DNA of 37,351 nt from Anaerolineae bacterium (GTDB lineage Bacteria > Chloroflexota > Anaerolineae > UBA7937 > B3-Chlor), in assembly GCA_035256725.1 (NCBI GenBank), contig DATEXS010000123.1, positions 1 to 37,351 on the forward strand. The letters are read 5' to 3'. Positions 16,745 to 24,713 of the stretch are shown here, one piece after another. Positions within the stretch are counted from its first letter, which is position 1. Each line of letters begins with the position of its first letter. Position numbers and translations under genes: made by a program. Under the pieces are notes generated by a model. It was given only the letters and a program-made list of their open reading frames with translations, did not search any database and was not told the DNA's origin.

Positions 16745-17497
16745 GTGGCTTACCTGTACGGTGTTTTGGGGCTGGCGGTTGGAGCCCTCCTGAATCTAGC
16801 CGCCGATTTTCTTCCCCAGCGCCGCCCTCTCCTGACCCAGCCTTCCAGTCCACGACGCGACAGCGGTTGGTCGTGGAGGGACTCCGCGGCTCTGGTCGGC
16901 CTGCTGGCAGGGAGGGGACAGCGCCCGCCAGGCGGTGCCGCGTTGCCCTTGCGTCGGCCGGTACTAGCGGTGGTGACGGCAGTCTCCTTCGCCTTTTTCT
17001 GGCTGAGGTATGGTCCGTCCGTCCAGCTACTACTGGTAAGCCTTTACGCCTGCGCCCTCTTTCTGATCTTCGTCATCGATCTGGAACATCGTCTGATTCT
17101 CCGGGTCGTGGTCTGTCCAGCCATTGGGCTGGCCCTGGTGGGCAGTCACTTCTATCCTGGATTGGGGCTTCGACGCGCTGTCATCGGCGGCGTCCTGGCC
17201 TTCCTCTTCTTCTATCTGGTGGCTGTCCTGGGCCGGCTCATCTTCCGGAGAACGGCTATGGGTGGAGGTGACGCCAACCTGGCGGCGTACGTGGGGCTGA
17301 TCACCGGGTTTCCTGAGATTATCCTCGCCTTGCTGATCACTGTTTGCCTGGGCGGCTTGGTGTCGTTGGCGCTCGTGGTTGGCGGATTCAAGGGGCTGCG
17401 AAGCTACATCCCGTACGGGATATTCCTGGCCACTGGGGGCTTGATCGTGCTCGTGTTCGGCAGGGAGATCATAGGCTGGTATTTTGGCCTGTACTAG
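16745..17497 (+). CDS. A24 family prepilin peptidase
   Basis: FVIDLEHRLI (first Asp box) and GGGDANLAAYVGLITG (GxGDxK-like second Asp box) in a polytopic protein. GTG 16745 follows AGGGGG by 6 nt and lies after the predicted TSS. The listed 16703 start lies inside the promoter. Confidence 0.75.
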   Translation: MAYLYGVLGLAVGALLNLAADFLPQRRPLLTQPSSPRRDSGWSWRDSAALVGLLAGRGQRPPGGAALPLRRPVLAVVTAVSFAFFWLRYGPSVQLLLVSLYACALFLIFVIDLEHRLILRVVVCPAIGLALVGSHFYPGLGLRRAVIGGVLAFLFFYLVAVLGRLIFRRTAMGGGDANLAAYVGLITGFPEIILALLITVCLGGLVSLALVVGGFKGLRSYIPYGIFLATGGLIVLVFGREIIGWYFGLY

Positions 17498-17607
17498 GGG
17501 GCGCAGGCTCTCCACAGTTGACGGCCGACGTCACGCCCGGCCCCACGATGGCTGGGACGGACCTGCATGCGGTGTCAGTTCATACACGAAGCGAGAGGTA
17601 TATCCTG

Positions 17608-18297
17608 ATGCGAACAACTGCTGACCAGGAGATGCTGCTGCGGGGAGGCAGGGCGGGCCAACTGGCGACCTTCATCAGCCTGGTGATGGTATTCGCTGGC
17701 CTAATCGTCTCCTTCACTCAGTACAGGGTGGCGACCTTCCTTTTGATAGGGCTGGGTGTAGTGATGTACACGGTTGGTAGCCGCAGTCAAGAGCAGGCCG
17801 CGAGAGAGCCCTGGCTGATCAAACAGCTGACGGACGCCCTGGCGGAGTTCGACGATAGATACCATCTCTACAGCCACGCGCTGCCCGCAGAACACGTGCT
17901 TCTCACCCCTCACGGTGTCTTTGCGCTCATCGTCAGGGGGATGGATGGCAAGATTCGCTGTTTCAAAGACAAGTGGGTGCGGGCACTGACCTTGCGGCGG
18001 GCACTTCGCTTCTTCACTGAGGAGTCCCTGGGCAACCCCACCAAGGAGGTGCAGCGGGACGTGGAGAAGCTGGCCGAGTACATCCAGGCGCGTGCTCCAG
18101 GGGCCCAGGTGGATGTGCAGGGTGTGGTCGTGTTCGCTAACCCGGCCGCGCAGCTAGAGATAACATCGGCGTCTTTTCCCGTCTTGCCTTTGACGAGGTT
18201 GAAGAGCCACATCCGCAAGGCGTCGGGGCGGATGGAGATGGCGCCGGAGACGCTGAGGACGTTGACCGACCTCTTCGGGGAACGGCCTCCACGCTAG
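17608..18297 (+). CDS. NERD domain protein with N-terminal membrane anchor
   Basis: ATG 17608 is preceded by GAGAGG. Two hydrophobic segments are followed by YHLYSHALPAEHVLLTPHGVFALIVRGMDGKI, which resembles the NERD core. The listed 17344 start overlaps the upstream gene. Confidence 0.65.
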   Translation: MRTTADQEMLLRGGRAGQLATFISLVMVFAGLIVSFTQYRVATFLLIGLGVVMYTVGSRSQEQAAREPWLIKQLTDALAEFDDRYHLYSHALPAEHVLLTPHGVFALIVRGMDGKIRCFKDKWVRALTLRRALRFFTEESLGNPTKEVQRDVEKLAEYIQARAPGAQVDVQGVVVFANPAAQLEITSASFPVLPLTRLKSHIRKASGRMEMAPETLRTLTDLFGERPPR

Positions 18298-18566
18298 CGG
18301 GGCTTGAGTGCCCATCAGTCTCCACACCCGCGCTCTTGCCCTGGTGAGTTGACCCAGCCTTGCCGGCGATTCCTAAGAGTGATCGAGCGCGCGTTCTTGA
18401 CGGGAGGGACAATAGGTTGGTGCACTGCGCGAGCTGCCAGGCCCGTCGTTGTAGTGGAAACATGGCTGGCCCGTGCCGGTCAAGCTGGTTTGGGCTGCCC
18501 TGTCGCTCACGGCTTTTTCGTGGGCGCGTTGGCTCTGGCGGGGTTCCCCACGTCACAGCGCCCTGG

Positions 18567-18869
18567 TCAGGCCCTCTCGAATTCGGGACACCCTCGTCTG
18601 CATCTTGTGGGGTCGCCGATCTCCCTCATCTGCGCTGTGCACACGGCGTAGAGGTCAATCCTGTGGAACAGCCCGAACCTGGCGTGCACCTCGGCCTCCA
18701 GGGCCAGCTTGGTGCAGGGGTTGTGCTCTAGTACTTCCGGTACAGGGCAGGAGCGGCATAGCTTCTCGGTCCAGTGCTCAGATGCGCGCTGACGTCGAAC
18801 GAGCCGGCACTCCCTCTTGGGGAAGCGGCGATGGCTGTCTTCGTAGTAGAAGGGGCAGGAGGGAGACAT
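18567..18869 (-). CDS. small Cys-rich hypothetical protein
   Basis: Starts 14 nt after the AKR stop on the same strand. Third codon positions are strongly G/C-biased by eye. Eight Cys residues, including CPFYYED and CRSCP. Ends in TGA. Confidence 0.4.
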   Translation of the reverse strand: MSPSCPFYYEDSHRRFPKRECRLVRRQRASEHWTEKLCRSCPVPEVLEHNPCTKLALEAEVHARFGLFHRIDLYAVCTAQMREIGDPTRCRRGCPEFERA

Positions 18870-18883
18870 TATCCGGGACTGAC

Positions 18884-19915
18884 CTATCGCCTCTGGTGCC
18901 GGGCCATCTCACTGTGGAACAAGGCCACGTGCTCGCCGATCATCTCCCGGATGGGTAATTCATAGGGGCACTTCTGTTCGCATTCGCCGCATTCTATGCA
19001 GGCGTCGGCCTTCTCCACCGCCTGCGCGAAATCGGAGAACACTGTAGCGGGCGGCATTCTCTTGATCATGCTATCCAGAATCATCAGGGCTTGTGTGGGC
19101 ACGCCCTGGGGACAGGGCTCACAATAGCCACAACGTCGGCAGAAGCGGTTTCCCAGTTCAGCGCGCATCCGTTGGATGGCGGCTTGCTCTTCGGAAGAGA
19201 GCGCTGCGGGTCCTTCCATGAGGGCCACGATTTCCTCGATCTCCTCCGCCCGCTCGATGCCGGGGATGGGCAGGATGTCCGGGAACTGGCGCAGGTACTT
19301 GAAGGCCAGCCTCGCCTCGTTCAGCGCTCCCCCGGCCAGGGGCTTCATGGCGATGAACCCGACGTCCTCCGCCAGGGCCAGCGGGATCAGTTCTTGAGCT
19401 GCCTCGCTGGCGACGAAGTTGAAAGGAAACATGATGGTCTCGAAATACCCCGACTTCACGGCCTGCAGCGCAATCTCCAGCGAGTGGGAGGAGAGGCCGA
19501 CGTGTCCCACCTGTCCCTCCCGCTGCGCCTGCTTGACCACGTCCAGTGGGCCCCCTGGAGCGATCACCTTATGGTAGTCCACCTCACTGCTCACGCAGTG
19601 AAACTGATAGAGGTCGATGGCTCTCACACCCAGCCTCTCCAGGCTGAGCTGCAGGTGGTGGGTCACGCCCTCGGCATCTCTGGCCTGGGTCTTGGTGGCC
19701 AGGACGAGGCCCTCGCGACGCCCTGATATCGCTCTGCCTATCCGCTCTTCGCTGGTGGTGTAGGCGTTGGCCGTGTCCAGAAAGGTGATGCCGAGGTTCA
19801 GACAGTGGCGCACCATCGCGACGGCCTGCTCGTCCGAAAGCCTCTGTATGGGGATGCCGCCGAACCCCACCGCCGAGACCATCAATCCGGTCCTACCCAG
19901 TCTGATTCTCCTCAT
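18884..19915 (-). CDS. aldo/keto reductase with C-terminal 4Fe-4S ferredoxin-type domain
   Basis: RLGRTGLMVSAVGFGG...FLDTANAY AKR N-terminus. C-terminal CRRCGYCEPCP and CIECGECEQKCP cluster motifs. Confidence 0.9.
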   Translation of the reverse strand: MRRIRLGRTGLMVSAVGFGGIPIQRLSDEQAVAMVRHCLNLGITFLDTANAYTTSEERIGRAISGRREGLVLATKTQARDAEGVTHHLQLSLERLGVRAIDLYQFHCVSSEVDYHKVIAPGGPLDVVKQAQREGQVGHVGLSSHSLEIALQAVKSGYFETIMFPFNFVASEAAQELIPLALAEDVGFIAMKPLAGGALNEARLAFKYLRQFPDILPIPGIERAEEIEEIVALMEGPAALSSEEQAAIQRMRAELGNRFCRRCGYCEPCPQGVPTQALMILDSMIKRMPPATVFSDFAQAVEKADACIECGECEQKCPYELPIREMIGEHVALFHSEMARHQRR

Positions 19916-19945
19916 CGGGTTCAGTCTCCAGAAGGTGTTGTCTGT

Positions 19946-20431
19946 TCAGGATCCCTTCAAGACCACCTCGGTAGCTCCCAGGGAGATGACAGCTCCGTCT
20001 CGGAGGTGGATACCCACCGAGGGTTGGGCCTTTCGGCCATCTACGAGAGTGCCAGAGGTGCTATTCAGGTCATAGAGGATGAATTGGTCCCCGGCGGCGA
20101 CAATGCGAGCGTGAATTCGAGAGATGGTGGGGTCCTGCAAGCGGACGGCGCAGGAGCTGCCGCGGCCCACAAGGTTCGTGCCCTGGACTAGAATGTGATG
20201 AGCGCCTGAGCTAGGTCCCTCAGCAACGATGAGCCAGCCAGCTGCCATCTGGTGGGCGACTGAGGGCCAGAGGTCAGGGGACCCGGCTGGGCCACCTTCT
20301 GCTGCCTCGCCAGTCGCGGCGACACCACGCTCAGACAAGCTGCCGCCGCGGTGCAAGGAGAGCCAATAGACAAGCCAGACAGCAGTCGTGGCCACCATTA
20401 TGGCGATCAGAACGATGCCGATTCGGCTCAA
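19946..20431 (-). CDS. FHA domain protein with N-terminal TM helix
   Basis: TTG start. IGIVLIAIMVATTAVWLVYWL anchor. LVGRGSSCAVRLQDPTISRIHARIV...FILYDLNSTSGTLVDGRK is a classical FHA core. Confidence 0.85.
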   Translation of the reverse strand: MSRIGIVLIAIMVATTAVWLVYWLSLHRGGSLSERGVAATGEAAEGGPAGSPDLWPSVAHQMAAGWLIVAEGPSSGAHHILVQGTNLVGRGSSCAVRLQDPTISRIHARIVAAGDQFILYDLNSTSGTLVDGRKAQPSVGIHLRDGAVISLGATEVVLKGS

Positions 20432-20455
20432 GCGCCTCTCCCTTCTACAGCCATG

Positions 20456-20485
20456 AGTATATCATCGTCGCCCCGCGTACACCAA
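20456..20485 (-). promoter_or_regulatory. probable promoter for the FHA / AKR / Cys-rich operon
   Basis: The minus strand reads TTGGTG, an 18-nt spacer, then TATACT with TGA extended -10. GAAGGGAGAGG follows in the short leader. Confidence 0.4.
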
Positions 20486-20650
20486 GGTGACGGGTGGAAG
20501 GCATGCTCGGAGAGGATGCTGAGAGGGACTTCGGACCAGTCATGTTCTGCCGTAGGGGACATCGGACGTGTTGAGCTCCGTCCTAGCACCGAATCAGCGT
20601 TTGGTTTTTCTCGGCGGCTGACCGAGCTGAAACCAGTCTGCCGCGAGGGC

Positions 20651-20679
20651 TTGATTTCAGGCGGATTTTGTGGTATAAT
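20651..20679 (+). promoter_or_regulatory. sigma70-type promoter upstream of rpoD
   Basis: TTGATT, a 17-nt spacer, then TATAAT with TGG extended -10. Confidence 0.6.
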
Positions 20680-20782
20680 CAGGTAGATTCTGGGCAGGGC
20701 GTAGCCTGGCGATCTCGTGGGCCAGAGAGATTAGGATCTGTACTATCTTGGCTAAGACCAGTCCCCTCTAACGATTGCTCTC

Positions 20783-20816
20783 ATGCCGCCCATTTGCGAG
20801 TGGCGGCATTTTCTTT
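20783..20816 (+). terminator. intrinsic-terminator-like hairpin inside the rpoD leader
   Basis: 8-bp stem ATGCCGCC/GGCGGCAT, 11-nt loop, then TTTTCTTT. It lies about 100 nt after the predicted TSS and about 30 nt before the rpoD ATG. Confidence 0.5.
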
Positions 20817-20847
20817 ACTGTACAGACCCCCGCGCAATAGAGGATTG

Positions 20848-22023
20848 ATGGAAACGAGTAAGGATTCAGGGAACAAGGCGAAGGCGCGACTGGTAGAGAA
20901 GGGGGAGGAGCAGGGCTATATCACCCTGGAGGACATCCTGCAGGAATTCCCTCAGGCCGAGCTGCACGTCGAGGAGGTCAGCGAGATCTACTCCCTGCTG
21001 CAGGAAGAGGGCATCTCGGTGGTTGATGACGAGGGCGACCCTATCTCCGAGCTTCTGGAGAAGAAGGATGAGGGCCCGGACGACGAGTCGCAGCAGGCGG
21101 TTGATCTGGACGAAGTCGATGCTGAGAGCAGCATATCCCTTTACTTCCGAGAGGCTGCGCGCCACACCATACTCAGTGCTCAAGAGGAAGTTGCTCTAGT
21201 CAAGAGGATGAACAGTGGCGAGGCGGCTGAGGCGGGCCTAGACCGGGGTGACTATGCCTCCGAGGAGGAGAAGAAGGCCGCGCAGCTGCAGGTGCTGGAT
21301 GGTGAGTTGGCTCGGCAGTACCTGATCCGGTCCAACCTGCGTTTGGTGATTAGCATCGCTAAGAACTACCGTGGGCAAGGGCTGACCTTCCTGGACCTGA
21401 TCCAGGAGGGGAACGTGGGTTTGATGCGCGCCGTGGACAAGTTCGACTATCGGCAAGGCAACCGGTTCAGCACCTATGCCACGTGGTGGGTTAGACAGGC
21501 CATCACGCGAGCGCTGTCGTATCAAAGCCGCACCATCCGTTTGCCTGTGCATATGGGGGAGCGGCTGCGCAGAGTCAAGCAGGTGGCTGGCCAGCTGGAG
21601 AAGGAACTGGGTAGGAAGGCCGGCCAGGAGGAGATCGCCAAGGCCCTGAATTTGAGCCCCGAACAGATGGACCGGGTATTCCGGGCGCCTACTCACACGC
21701 TCTCGCTGGAGAAGCCCGTGGGCGAGGAAGGCGAGAGTCAGTTGAGTGAGTTCATTCAGGATGAGGATATCCCTCCGCCCGTGGATGTGGTCCTGGACGG
21801 GCAGCTGAGGGAGCAACTATACGATGCCTTGCAGAAGTTGCCTGACAGGGAACGGCGGATCATAGACCTGCGCTTCGGCCTGACTGACGGTGACCCACGG
21901 ACTCTCCAGGAAATCGCCGAGGAGTTCGAGCTGAGCAGGGAACGGATCCGGCAGATTGAAGGCGAAGTATTGCGCAAGCTGCGGCATCCGCATTTCAGCC
22001 GCAAACTCAGGACGTACCTCTGA
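20848..22023 (+). CDS. rpoD: primary RNA polymerase sigma factor (sigma70 family, group 1)
   Basis: AGAGGA precedes ATG 20848. Region 2 [57 protein letters not shown], region 3, and region 4 [20 protein letters not shown] are all present. Confidence 0.92.
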   Translation: METSKDSGNKAKARLVEKGEEQGYITLEDILQEFPQAELHVEEVSEIYSLLQEEGISVVDDEGDPISELLEKKDEGPDDESQQAVDLDEVDAESSISLYFREAARHTILSAQEEVALVKRMNSGEAAEAGLDRGDYASEEEKKAAQLQVLDGELARQYLIRSNLRLVISIAKNYRGQGLTFLDLIQEGNVGLMRAVDKFDYRQGNRFSTYATWWVRQAITRALSYQSRTIRLPVHMGERLRRVKQVAGQLEKELGRKAGQEEIAKALNLSPEQMDRVFRAPTHTLSLEKPVGEEGESQLSEFIQDEDIPPPVDVVLDGQLREQLYDALQKLPDRERRIIDLRFGLTDGDPRTLQEIAEEFELSRERIRQIEGEVLRKLRHPHFSRKLRTYL

Positions 22024-22175
22024 CAAGTACCAGCCCGAATTGAGATCGAGGAGGCGGTCGGGCGTCATCGGGGTGCTCAGGGGCGACAGGCGCGAGAGCG
22101 TGCTGAGCCTAGAGGACTACGCCCATCCCGCGGAGATAGGGAACTGAATTGACCAGGCTGTGAGATGTGCATCAG

Positions 22176-22208
22176 AGCCCCGGCCGAACAGGCTGGGGCT
22201 TTTTGCTT
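22176..22208 (+). terminator. intrinsic terminator downstream of rpoD
   Basis: Stem AGCCCCGGCC/GGCTGGGGCT (one G-U pair), loop GAACA, followed by TTTTTGCTT. Confidence 0.65.
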
Positions 22209-22311
22209 GCTGCGGACCCTGCGCACCGGGGTGTTGTTTCGGCGGGCTGGGGGTGGAGGCGTCGCCTGCAGCTACGAGCTTGCCGTATGCGCGCGAGTGC
22301 TGGTTGCTGTC

Positions 22312-23001
22312 CTATGGAGAGGTAGCCCTTCTTCTCCGCGCCCACAAGTACGAACCGATGGCTATGGCAGCCGACTCGGCGATGACCAGCAATAGCCAGG
22401 TTTGAACGCCGTTGAACCAGAACTGCTCTGGGAAGAGCTGTATCAGCGTGTCGGTGCGCGGGAACAGCCAGGTGTCTCCAGTGAAGAACAGCTGATGGAA
22501 GGTGATCATGAACCACTGGAACTGGAGCGGAACCACCACGAGGGCCGCCACCGCCAGGCCCGGCGCCACCAACGAGGCAGCGAAGAGATACTCCGGAAGT
22601 CTGACTCTGAGCTGGGGAAGCGACGCCAGTATGCCCAGAGATGCCACTACGAGAACCCCGAGAACCAGATCAACCACCAGCCCTCTGTGCGCGAAGGCCT
22701 GAACGTCCACCATGTGGGTTAGTTCCCGCTCGTTGAAGAGGGGGAGACCATCCTCCCCTCTCAGGTCTGCCAGATAGTCGATGTCCTCGTTGGAGAAAGG
22801 ATAGTAGAATGCCGCCTCGGCGATGGCTTGCCTCTGCTGGGGTGAGAATTTGGCAGAGGCGGGGACGTCGGGTCTGGTGTACTGGAGGCGAAGGAAGGGA
22901 CGCGAAATCAAAGGCAAGATTGTGGTCAGGGCCAGGAAGAAGGGCAGGCTCAAGATCAGCACCGCCCCGCACGCACTGGCCAGTATCTTCTGGGCTTGCA
23001 C
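22312..23001 (-). CDS. DUF1461/TIGR01906-like integral membrane protein (family that includes the Lit lipoprotein transacylase)
   Basis: FNERELTHMVDVQAF and FHQLFFTGDTWLFPRTDTLIQLFPEQFW match my recollection of the family signature. It starts 4 nt after the upstream gene ends. Confidence 0.6.
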   Translation of the reverse strand: MQAQKILASACGAVLILSLPFFLALTTILPLISRPFLRLQYTRPDVPASAKFSPQQRQAIAEAAFYYPFSNEDIDYLADLRGEDGLPLFNERELTHMVDVQAFAHRGLVVDLVLGVLVVASLGILASLPQLRVRLPEYLFAASLVAPGLAVAALVVVPLQFQWFMITFHQLFFTGDTWLFPRTDTLIQLFPEQFWFNGVQTWLLLVIAESAAIAIGSYLWARRRRATSP

Positions 23002-23004
23002 TAG

Positions 23005-24549
23005 CTACTCTCCTTGCAGGACATATCTCAGGATGATGAGGTGGGTCAGATGCTCCACGGGGGCTCGGTCGTCGGTGAGAACCAGGTCGTTTCCTTCGAA
23101 GGCTCTTATCCTGCCGGACGACAGTTCCGCCACCTCGTACAGCCAGGTGTTGGAGATGGTGCCCAGCCTGGAGTAGATGTGGTCTAGCGTGGTCGCCTGT
23201 TCGGTCCCCACCACCAGGCTATTGCTGATACCGGGCACGTCCAGGATAAACACCGATTGGAAGACCTGGTTCATCGTCGCGGCGAGCACATTCACCAGTC
23301 TGAAATCACTGGCCGTACGCCCGGCATTGACAACCATCACCCCACCGGGATTGAGCCGCCCCAGGGCCACGGTGAAGAACTCGCGGGTGGTAAGGTGAAA
23401 CGGTATATACGGCTGACGATAGGCGTCAGCAACGATCACGTCATAAGTATGGTCAGTGGTGGTTAGGAAGTGGCGTCCATCCTGGACCACCACCTCGAGA
23501 TTGGGCTCGTCCATGGAAAAGAATCGCCGTCCCACGGTCACGATCTCGGGGTCTAGCTCCACTCCATCCATAGGTACCGCTCCGTAGACGGCAGTGTACT
23601 CCTTGGCGGCGGTGCCCGCCGCCAGACCGACAAAGCACACGCTGCGCAGGTCCGTGGGGTCGGGGAGGGCGCCGAAGTAGGGTGCCAGGAGGAAGTAGTC
23701 CCAGACCCCGCCACTCAACACGCTACCAGGGCGGTAGACGGAGTGCACAGCCTGTCCCTCGTTGAGCATCAACACCCGCCTCCCCATCTGATCTGCCACC
23801 TGGATGTAGTTGTAGAAAGACTCCTTCTCGTACACCAGACCCGGTGTGGGCTTCACGGGCCCCGCGGGCATGAGCAACCTGAGCAAGATGATCATCAGCG
23901 GCAGCAGCAGATACCAGGCGGCACGGATGCCCATTCGCGAGAACAGACCGGCGAGGGAGACCGCGATCAAGAACAGAGAGCACAACAGGAACGTGGTGGA
24001 AGTGCCCAGCGAGGGGATGAGCACCAAGGTGGGCAGAAAGGTGCCCACAATACTGCCCATGGTGGACAGAGCATAGATGGTCCCCGCCGTGTGGCCTGTG
24101 GAGATCACGGAGCGGGACTGAAGGCGTATGGCAAAGGGGGAGATACAGCCGAGAAGGATGACCGGCGCGGTGAACAGCAGCAGGATGCCCAGGAAGGAGC
24201 CGGCGATGATTCCAACCGAGAAGGTATCGAAGCCGGCCAGCGAGTAGCGCAGAACTGGCCTGGACACAAAAGGGATCAGGCCGATGAGGAAACCGGCCCA
24301 GAGAGCCAAGCGGTACAACAGGGGTTCCTTCGGCGATCTGTCGGCCAGGCGACCACCCAGGTAGTAACCCGCCGCCAGGTAGATCATGATCAGCCCGATC
24401 AGGTTGGCCCACACCAGTTGGGAGTCGCCGAAGTAGGGCGAGAGCAGCCGGGAAGCGGACATCTCGACGGCCAGGACCGTCGCGCCGCTGACGAACACCG
24501 TGGTCAACAGCATGAAATCACGATGGGGACCCGTTCCTTTGTCAGCCAT
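23005..24549 (-). CDS. fused membrane domain / spermidine synthase-like protein
   Basis: An N-terminal region of about 200 aa with multiple TM helices is followed by a SAM-MTase/spermidine synthase-like region: VCFVGLAAGTAAKEY, VELDPEIVTVGRRFF, YDVIVADAY. Confidence 0.8.
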   Translation of the reverse strand: MADKGTGPHRDFMLLTTVFVSGATVLAVEMSASRLLSPYFGDSQLVWANLIGLIMIYLAAGYYLGGRLADRSPKEPLLYRLALWAGFLIGLIPFVSRPVLRYSLAGFDTFSVGIIAGSFLGILLLFTAPVILLGCISPFAIRLQSRSVISTGHTAGTIYALSTMGSIVGTFLPTLVLIPSLGTSTTFLLCSLFLIAVSLAGLFSRMGIRAAWYLLLPLMIILLRLLMPAGPVKPTPGLVYEKESFYNYIQVADQMGRRVLMLNEGQAVHSVYRPGSVLSGGVWDYFLLAPYFGALPDPTDLRSVCFVGLAAGTAAKEYTAVYGAVPMDGVELDPEIVTVGRRFFSMDEPNLEVVVQDGRHFLTTTDHTYDVIVADAYRQPYIPFHLTTREFFTVALGRLNPGGVMVVNAGRTASDFRLVNVLAATMNQVFQSVFILDVPGISNSLVVGTEQATTLDHIYSRLGTISNTWLYEVAELSSGRIRAFEGNDLVLTDDRAPVEHLTHLIILRYVLQGE

Positions 24550-24557
24550 GCGGTCCG

Positions 24558-24586
24558 ATTATAAGCTAGCAAGTCAACTGGAGCAA
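24558..24586 (-). promoter_or_regulatory. sigma70-type promoter; the transcript would be leaderless or nearly so
   Basis: The minus strand reads TTGCTC, a 17-nt spacer, then TATAAT. Only 8 nt separate the -10 from ATG 24549, and there is no Shine-Dalgarno. Confidence 0.45.
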
Positions 24587-24610
24587 CGAGGTTAAGGGCG
24601 AAGGTGATCG

Positions 24611-24639
24611 TTGACACAATGGGTCAGTGGTGGTAAAGT
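24611..24639 (+). promoter_or_regulatory. sigma70-type promoter for the histidine kinase gene
   Basis: TTGACA, a 17-nt spacer, then TAAAGT with TGG extended -10. Confidence 0.55.
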
Positions 24640-24713
24640 ACCATCGAGAGTAAGGCTCGCTGTGCGACGTGACCTGGTCAGTCTGGTGATCGCCTCTGAG
24701 GAGATTGGCGGCA

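Noticed and set aside
16600-17271. 223-aa plus-strand ORF
   Set aside because: It is an alternative frame of the prepilin peptidase gene and starts inside the divergent membrane-protein gene. Arg/Gly/Ser-rich.
17344-17607. N-terminal extension of the NERD ORF
   Set aside because: It overlaps the 3' end of the prepilin peptidase gene in another frame. ATG 17608 has a GAGAGG site.
18507-18569. Selenocysteine read-through of the TGA ending the Cys-rich ORF
   Set aside because: The frame continues only 19 codons (PGRCDVGNPARANAPTKKP) to another TGA, with no recognisable motif. I could not identify a SECIS-like hairpin by eye.
20668-20847. N-terminal 60-codon extension of the sigma factor ORF
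   Set aside because: It begins inside the -10 region of the predicted promoter and reads through the leader terminator. ATG 20848 has a proper ribosome-binding site and gives a normal SigA N-terminus.
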